From a virus (lineage: Duplodnaviria; Caudoviricetes), in IMG/VR virus record IMGVR_UViG_3300017785_006608, positions 1 to 49,966 of that record: a stretch of 49,966 bases of DNA; one strand, written 5' to 3'. The notes under the pieces are model-generated. The model made no database searches, was not told the DNA's origin, and worked only from the letters and a program-made list of their open reading frames with translations. How positions within the stretch are numbered: position 1 is the stretch's first letter; every line of letters starts with the position of its first letter. The position numbers and the translations under genes were made by a program. Positions 44,754-49,966 of this stretch are shown one piece after another.

Positions 44754-45427
44754 TCTTGCTTCTCCCAATGGGACACGAGCCGGGGCTGGGTGGAGCAGTA
44801 GTCGTAGGCGGTCTTGATCGCACTCAACCAGGAGTTGTAGTTGAGGAAGCGTCCAGCTACGGAGGGGTGCGGCGCGTAGATGATGTTGTCGTGGTACGAC
44901 ACGTACCCATCCGTGCCCACCCCGAGGGCGTTGACCAGGATGCTCTGGTGGTCGAAGCCGCTCCAGCCGATGGCCTCATGGACCTGGTAGCGGGCCCACT
45001 GACCGAAGGCGAGGATGACCTTGGGCTTGAGGTCCCGGATCTCTACCATCAGGTAGGGCCGGCAGTTGCGGAGCATCCGCATGTTGGGAGCGGCGTTGCC
45101 CGGCGTCGCGCACTTGGCTGCCTGCGTCCCGTAGACCTGCTTGCTCGTGAGCCCGAGGTGAGCGACCATACCCAGCACGTACCGCTCGTGGTTGGTCTTG
45201 AGGTGGTCCCAGTCCGGGCCGTTGTAGTGGAGCATGTACGCCCCGTGGAGGCAGCGTACCTTGTCCTGCGGAGGGTTCTGCGCCACGATCATGAGGTCGG
45301 GGGCGACGCTCCCGGCGCCGTAGCGGGGGGAGGGGTAGACCGCTTGGCAGTCCTTGTCCTGACCGCACTTGCGGCAGGACATGATCATGTTGCGAAGCTG
45401 CTCACGTGGCATAGTGGGGTGGGGCAT
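44750..45427 (-). CDS. Uracil-DNA glycosylase superfamily protein (family 4-like, Fe-S)
   Basis: CRKC, MIVAQNP, AKCATPGNAAP, CRPYL, LKPKVILAFG and HPS. Confidence 0.88.
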   Translation of the reverse strand: MPHPTMPREQLRNMIMSCRKCGQDKDCQAVYPSPRYGAGSVAPDLMIVAQNPPQDKVRCLHGAYMLHYNGPDWDHLKTNHERYVLGMVAHLGLTSKQVYGTQAAKCATPGNAAPNMRMLRNCRPYLMVEIRDLKPKVILAFGQWARYQVHEAIGWSGFDHQSILVNALGVGTDGYVSYHDNIIYAPHPSVAGRFLNYNSWLSAIKTAYDYCSTQPRLVSHWEKQE

Positions 45428-45627
45428 TACTTCCTCTTCTTGCGATCGTTCCAGAGGTTGTTGAGACGGATGCATTCGTCTACCTGGGCTGGTCCCTGGT
45501 GGACGACCACGTCTGGATGCCCATGGTGGTCGAGATAGGGCCTGGCAAAGTGAGCCGTCTTGAGCTTGCCCGTCCCGTCGTAGACGCGCACGATGGCGCC
45601 GGTCTGGACACTAAAGTCTTCGATCAT
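45427..45627 (-). CDS. Hypothetical protein
   Basis: GGAG SD before ATG 45627; TAATG coupling. Confidence 0.75.
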   Translation of the reverse strand: MIEDFSVQTGAIVRVYDGTGKLKTAHFARPYLDHHGHPDVVVHQGPAQVDECIRLNNLWNDRKKRK

Positions 45628-45644
45628 GAGTACTCCACTACGAC

Positions 45645-45674
45645 CACAACCCCGCCACCTTGCGGTGACGGGGA
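45645..45674 (-). terminator. GNRA-capped hairpin, terminator-like
   Basis: Minus strand CCCCGTCACC-GCAA-GGTGGCGGGG-TTGT. Confidence 0.55.
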
Positions 45675-45776
45675 AGGGTTCGGCTTTATGTCGAGCGCTT
45701 TCCCCGGGGCCAACAGACAACAGACCCATAGTTTCAGGGCCGCCCCAAGATAGTCACACCGCAACCAGCCTCAAAG

Positions 45777-46034
45777 CTACCGGCAGATGATCTGGCTCAA
45801 CGTCTCCCATGCGATGGGCACCGTGCCCTCCGGGCAGCAGTTCGTGTAGTCGCGCAGGCCCGACGTGATCACAACCGAGCAGTCGGTGTTGGCATCCCAC
45901 ACCCCGGACTCCCAGGACCCGTTGGGGTAGATCGTGTAGTGATCGTTGAGCTCACGCTCCGGTTTGACTTCCGTCTCACCGTCCGCACAGCCACCATCGG
46001 CACCGAGAAGAAGAAGGATGAAGGACATGGTCAC
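45777..46034 (-). CDS. Small secreted or lipoprotein-like protein
   Basis: FILLLLGADGGC hydrophobic leader ending in Cys; further Cys residues in the mature part. Confidence 0.7.
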   Translation of the reverse strand: MTMSFILLLLGADGGCADGETEVKPERELNDHYTIYPNGSWESGVWDANTDCSVVITSGLRDYTNCCPEGTVPIAWETLSQIICR

Positions 46035-46035
46035 C

Positions 46036-47007
46036 TCAGAAGGGGATGGGCGTTCCGTCGGCGGCGGTCTTGGAGGGGTCTCCGGTCACCGGGACCGAGA
46101 GATCTTCGTCCGGCACCACCGCACCGGAGTACTTGACCGCGAACTTGGTCACCGGCTCGACCATCTGCTTGATCACGTTGGCGTAGGTGAGGGGGTCCAC
46201 CACGCCGGCAAACTCGGGATCGAGTTGGGCGTACTTGAATCCGATCGGCGGCTCGACCACGTCGATGGAGAGCTTGAACACGGAGGCGGTGACCGGCACG
46301 CGGCGGGCCGCGGCCATGATCGCCATCGTCTCCAGCGGCTTGCGGTTGGAGCCGTAGGACACGGTGAGCGTGGCGAACGGGTCGATGGTCTGGTCGTTGG
46401 CGAAGAAGTAGAGCTCCTCGCTGCGCTCGCCGGGAAGCGCCATGCCCTTGACCATGATCATGAGGAACAGGGTGCGCCCCTCCTGGCACGCCTTGCGCTT
46501 CGAGCCGCCCTCCGGCTTGCCCTCCCACGCGTCGCTCGACTCGAACTGGTTGTACGGGCAGCGACCGCAGGAGAAGTACACGTTCTCCTTGAGCTCGGGC
46601 GTGACCGGGAGGAGGTACGGCTGCCGGTAGTGCTCGTTGATGAGCCAGTTGCCGCTGACCTGCTCGGCGAGCAGCTTGTTGGGGTCGGTGAAGCCGACCG
46701 AGCACACGGGGAACTTGCCCCACGTCCCGGCCTTCTTGTCCGCCTCGGGCGGCCAGAGCGCACGCGTGCCGTAGATGTCCACGGCGGTAGCGTACACGCT
46801 CTTGACCGAGCGGACGAGCTCGCCGCCGATCTTGATGTCGAAGAGACCGGTCTCCTTGTTCATGGTCAGGGTGGTGATGAGCTTGCGCTCATCGACCGAG
46901 GACTTGAAGCGGTCCTCGGCGCCGGCCTCGGCCTGCCCACCGAGCATGGCGAGGTAAGCGATGACGTCGGAGGACGAGGCGGGGATGACGGTGGGGAGGT
47001 TGGACAT
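46036..47007 (-). CDS. Putative single-stranded DNA-binding protein
   Basis: Very strong codon bias, Cys cluster (CGRCPYNQF...KAC), acidic tail ending PIPF, close to the exonuclease gene. Confidence 0.65.
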   Translation of the reverse strand: MSNLPTVIPASSSDVIAYLAMLGGQAEAGAEDRFKSSVDERKLITTLTMNKETGLFDIKIGGELVRSVKSVYATAVDIYGTRALWPPEADKKAGTWGKFPVCSVGFTDPNKLLAEQVSGNWLINEHYRQPYLLPVTPELKENVYFSCGRCPYNQFESSDAWEGKPEGGSKRKACQEGRTLFLMIMVKGMALPGERSEELYFFANDQTIDPFATLTVSYGSNRKPLETMAIMAAARRVPVTASVFKLSIDVVEPPIGFKYAQLDPEFAGVVDPLTYANVIKQMVEPVTKFAVKYSGAVVPDEDLSVPVTGDPSKTAADGTPIPF

Positions 47008-47229
47008 TTACTTCTTCTCCAGGAAGGCGAGGGCGCGGGCGTGTTCGGGACGAATGGTGTGTACGTGGAACTCGGAATGTGTATCTTCGATCAGACCTTG
47101 ACGAGTAACTTCGATACCGAAGATCCCATTGGGGTTCTCGTTGAGCCAGTCGAAGGCGTCGGAAAGAGCAGCGAACATGATGCTCGTGCGCTCGAACCGG
47201 TGGTCGAGAAGGTAGATGTTGAGCTTCAC
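47008..47229 (-). CDS. Hypothetical protein
   Basis: GTGA coupling; fills the operon. Confidence 0.7.
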   Translation of the reverse strand: MKLNIYLLDHRFERTSIMFAALSDAFDWLNENPNGIFGIEVTRQGLIEDTHSEFHVHTIRPEHARALAFLEKK

Positions 47230-47348
47230 AGGGCGTACCGGCGGATGATCATCCAGTAGCCATCGCCGAGGTAATGAACTTCACCACCGGAGGCCACGAC
47301 CTTTACGGTCGTAGCGTGCTTGATGATGTCGTACTGCTTGAGGTCCAT
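47226..47348 (-). CDS. Small hypothetical protein (40 aa)
   Basis: GGAG SD; MDLKQYDIIKH. Confidence 0.65.
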   Translation of the reverse strand: MDLKQYDIIKHATTVKVVASGGEVHYLGDGYWMIIRRYAL

Positions 47349-47353
47349 AGTTG

Positions 47354-48424
47354 TCAACTCCGGAGATAGTCGAAGGCAGGTCCCGACACCATATCGGCGA
47401 CGCTGGTAGCAGACGTGTCCTTGAGGCACACGTCAAAGTGGCGGCACGTCGGGCACGAGGGCTTGCCGAACGTGGTAGGCATGAGCTTGGTGAAGTTGCG
47501 CTGTCCGATCTGGCGCAGCCATGTCAGGACCTGAGACTGGTAGTCCATGACGAACGCGTGGCTCATCGCGTCGCCGATGAACAGCGGCGACCCCTTGGGA
47601 GTACCGGCCTCACCCCACGCTCCGGACTTCTTGTACGGCACGAGGTTGGTCGGGACCACAATCCCGTAGAAGGCAACCCGCTCGCGCGGGTACTTGAGGT
47701 AGTTCAACCACTGGTAGTGGCGAAGCTGAGTGTTGAACAGGATCTCGTTGGGCGAGAGCGTCACCTTGGAAGGGTTGTCACCCTTGAGGTACACGTTGAG
47801 GATGCCGTAGTTCTTGAGGTCGAGAATGCCGAGGCGTCCCTCAGTGTCCACGACCTTGAAGTCCAGGGTGCCGTCGAAACGTACACGGTACGCGTCATCA
47901 CCATCTACGTGGGAGAGGTTGAGCTCGTTCGCCACCACGACGTAGCCCTTCTGCTCCATGTAGTCCAGCGTGCGGGACAGCAGGTGGTGGAGCGAAACGT
48001 CACCGAGCTTGTCGGTGAGGGTGAACTCGATGGCCCACTGTTGGATCTGCTTCTTGTCCACGACACGGTCGCCGTTGTGGTAGTAGAGGTCCTTGGGTGA
48101 CACGCCGGCTCGCTCGGCGTCACGCAGCTTGACGATCCGCATGTGGTGGAGCCAGAACTCCGGGTCCCAACCCTCGGTGCGGAGCTTCTCGCGGTCCTCG
48201 ACCGCAGAATGCATGACCGACCCGAGGAACATGCGAGCCTCGAACCGACGCTGGGACGTGGTGAGGGCGTGCCCGAGCAGGGCATGGCACTCACGCCACA
48301 AGCTGAGCTCGGTCTGATGGACCTCGTCCATGCCGACGTCGTGGAGGGCCTTGCGCTCGGAGAGCGTGAGCAGAGTGCGCTTGGTCTTGCCGCCGCGGAG
48401 GAAGGCGAGTTGCTTGTCGTTCAT
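47354..48424 (-). CDS. PD-(D/E)xK exonuclease (RecB/Cas4-like)
   Basis: LGSVMH, NE...GTLD...ILDLK, QLRHY and C-terminal CPTCRHFDVC. Confidence 0.88.
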   Translation of the reverse strand: MNDKQLAFLRGGKTKRTLLTLSERKALHDVGMDEVHQTELSLWRECHALLGHALTTSQRRFEARMFLGSVMHSAVEDREKLRTEGWDPEFWLHHMRIVKLRDAERAGVSPKDLYYHNGDRVVDKKQIQQWAIEFTLTDKLGDVSLHHLLSRTLDYMEQKGYVVVANELNLSHVDGDDAYRVRFDGTLDFKVVDTEGRLGILDLKNYGILNVYLKGDNPSKVTLSPNEILFNTQLRHYQWLNYLKYPRERVAFYGIVVPTNLVPYKKSGAWGEAGTPKGSPLFIGDAMSHAFVMDYQSQVLTWLRQIGQRNFTKLMPTTFGKPSCPTCRHFDVCLKDTSATSVADMVSGPAFDYLRS

Positions 48425-48894
48425 AGCGAGTCCCCGAAGTGGACGGCCGGGCCGTAGCTGGGGTCTTGATGAGTGGTGAGGTAGGACCAGGTGACGTCGA
48501 GGAACGCGAGGAAGGTCAGCACCCGGTAGTAGTGCTCCAGTTCTTCCTCGCTCATGAAGTCCCCACGCCCGGAGGACTTAGCCGAGTGCAGGTAGTACAG
48601 GTTACGGATGACCATACCCGAGTACTCTACCATCGTGAAGTACGTCAAGGACTGGAGCTTCGCGATGGCAGCGTCTACCCCGCGGTCGATCCAGGTCGAG
48701 TTGGGACACCCATCCAGTAGACGGAAGGTTAGCACGGTGCGGTCGGAAGGGGCCAGCATCATGAGGGCGTTGGCCCACTGACGTGGACGTCGGACCAGGA
48801 CCGGATGGCGGTCGGCGAGTACTTCCATCTGCGCCACGCGGAAGGCGAGGCGCACGTTGGAGACGTCACTCGGGAACGAGTACGAGGTGTTCAC
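48421..48894 (-). CDS. Hypothetical protein
   Basis: GTGA/ATGA coupling, AAGGAG SD. Confidence 0.8.
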   Translation of the reverse strand: MNTSYSFPSDVSNVRLAFRVAQMEVLADRHPVLVRRPRQWANALMMLAPSDRTVLTFRLLDGCPNSTWIDRGVDAAIAKLQSLTYFTMVEYSGMVIRNLYYLHSAKSSGRGDFMSEEELEHYYRVLTFLAFLDVTWSYLTTHQDPSYGPAVHFGDSL

Positions 48895-49966
48895 GCCGTC
48901 TCCTTCTTGACCTTGCTCATGAGCAAGGCATACGCAGAGCGCACCGTGTTCTTGTAGAGCATGTCGTGTTCGGTGTGGAGGATGAGCGCGCCCTTCTCGT
49001 CATAGGCCAGCTTGGCCCACGTCTCCAGGTCCGGCTCACCGAGCCAGTTGCTCATGTCCTTCTTGTTCTTGATGCCGAACTTCCCGATGAGCTTGTCCGT
49101 GAGCTTGTTGACGATCAGAGACTCGGAAAGCTTGGAGTAGGGCGGCAGGCCACAAGCGATGCGGGCCATCATCTCTTCGGTGTCGAAGTAGTCGTCGCTG
49201 TTGGCCGCGCCGTCGTCTGCCTTCATCCCTTCTACGAGGGAGGAGATGAAGTTGGAGTAGCCCTTGCGCTCGGCGTCCTGGAGGAGCTTCTGCTGCACGT
49301 CCTGCTTCTCCCGCAACGCCCCGTAAACGAGGTCCTCGATGCTGCCCTTGATACCGAGGGCGTAGATCATCGTGCAGGGACACTTGCCAGTGCGAGGGTC
49401 AACGGTGACGCACCGGTCCTTCGCTTGCTGGAACGTACCCAGGGACCAGGGCGGGGCGAGGAAGATGATGTTGGGGTAGGTCCCGATGCCGTCGGCGACC
49501 GCCTCGTTGCGGGCCAACGAGATACCACGACCCTCGCTGCACTTGAGGATGAAGACGTGGGTACGTCCCGTGTTGAACTCTTCGATGGCGCCGGCCCGGT
49601 CACGGGGGGACAGCTTCTTGCCCGGGGCGAAGCCGACGTACTTCTCGGTCTCCGACTCATAGTGGGTGAAGAACCACTTGATGGCGTCCGGGTGGTAACG
49701 CATCTGGTCTTCGGAGGAAGGAGGGGGCAGGAGCTCGTTGAGCTCGTCCTGCGCGTCGGTGTTGCCGTCGAGCATCTCCTTCATCGTGAGCTTGTGCTTC
49801 TTGGCGAGCTTCTCCAGCGCGTCGATGTACCCCTTCTCCAAGTAAGAGTAGCACATCGCACGGTGCTCCGTGTCGGCGTCGGCCTTGATGCGGCGGAGCC
49901 AAGTGGTCGTGCCGCGCATGGTCGTGCCCGACCACTTGACACCCATCTCGTCCAGCATTTCCTTGA
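48891..49966 (-). CDS. SNF2-family helicase, C-terminal part
   Basis: EGRGISL, FLAPPWS...QAKDR and GSIEDLVY helicase-C motifs; joins 1..1795. Confidence 0.9.
   Translation of the reverse strand, partial: KEMLDEMGVKWSGTTMRGTTTWLRRIKADADTEHRAMCYSYLEKGYIDALEKLAKKHKLTMKEMLDGNTDAQDELNELLPPPSSEDQMRYHPDAIKWFFTHYESETEKYVGFAPGKKLSPRDRAGAIEEFNTGRTHVFILKCSEGRGISLARNEAVADGIGTYPNIIFLAPPWSLGTFQQAKDRCVTVDPRTGKCPCTMIYALGIKGSIEDLVYGALREKQDVQQKLLQDAERKGYSNFISSLVEGMKADDGAANSDDYFDTEEMMARIACGLPPYSKLSESLIVNKLTDKLIGKFGIKNKKDMSNWLGEPDLETWAKLAYDEKGALILHTEHDMLYKNTVRSAYALLMSKVKKETA
49844..49966. repeat. Terminal direct repeat, right copy
   Basis: Identical to 1-123. Confidence 0.97.

Noticed and set aside
1-49966. 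Stop-codon recoding, tRNAs, reverse transcriptase/DGR, integrase
   Set aside because: Genes are full length in the standard code and end in all three stops; no tRNA, RT or recombinase motifs were noticed.

Overview
The window is an apparently complete, circularly assembled high-GC tailed phage genome. Bases 1-123 are identical to 49844-49966, giving a unit length of 49,843 bp, and a SNF2-type helicase gene runs across the join. There are two divergent arms. The + strand late arm (9.5-35.5 kb) has a podovirus-like order: an Acb2/Tad1-like protein, a DUF5675 lysin, a holin candidate, terminase, portal, scaffold, capsid, short-tail proteins and three ejection-type proteins, the last 2126 aa with an HExxH peptidase module. 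The - strand arm carries small early genes, SNF2 helicase, PD-(D/E)xK nuclease, SSB-like protein, family-4 UDG, a primase fused to an MCM-like helicase, RecD-like helicase, adenine methyltransferase, VRR-NUC and MazG. I found no recognisable DNA polymerase, integrase, tRNA or CRISPR array. The most unusual signals are: (1) several same-strand alternative-frame ORFs nested inside replication genes, whose ends coincide with a fall in GC3 of the host gene; (2) a ~3.7-kb control region with two divergent, highly structured 370-500 nt RNA candidates, iteron-like repeats and a G/C skew flip; (3) a late gene that seems to start at AUC; (4) an N-terminal motif shared by the scaffold and an early protein. 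All calls come from reading motifs by eye; no searches or folding programs were run.
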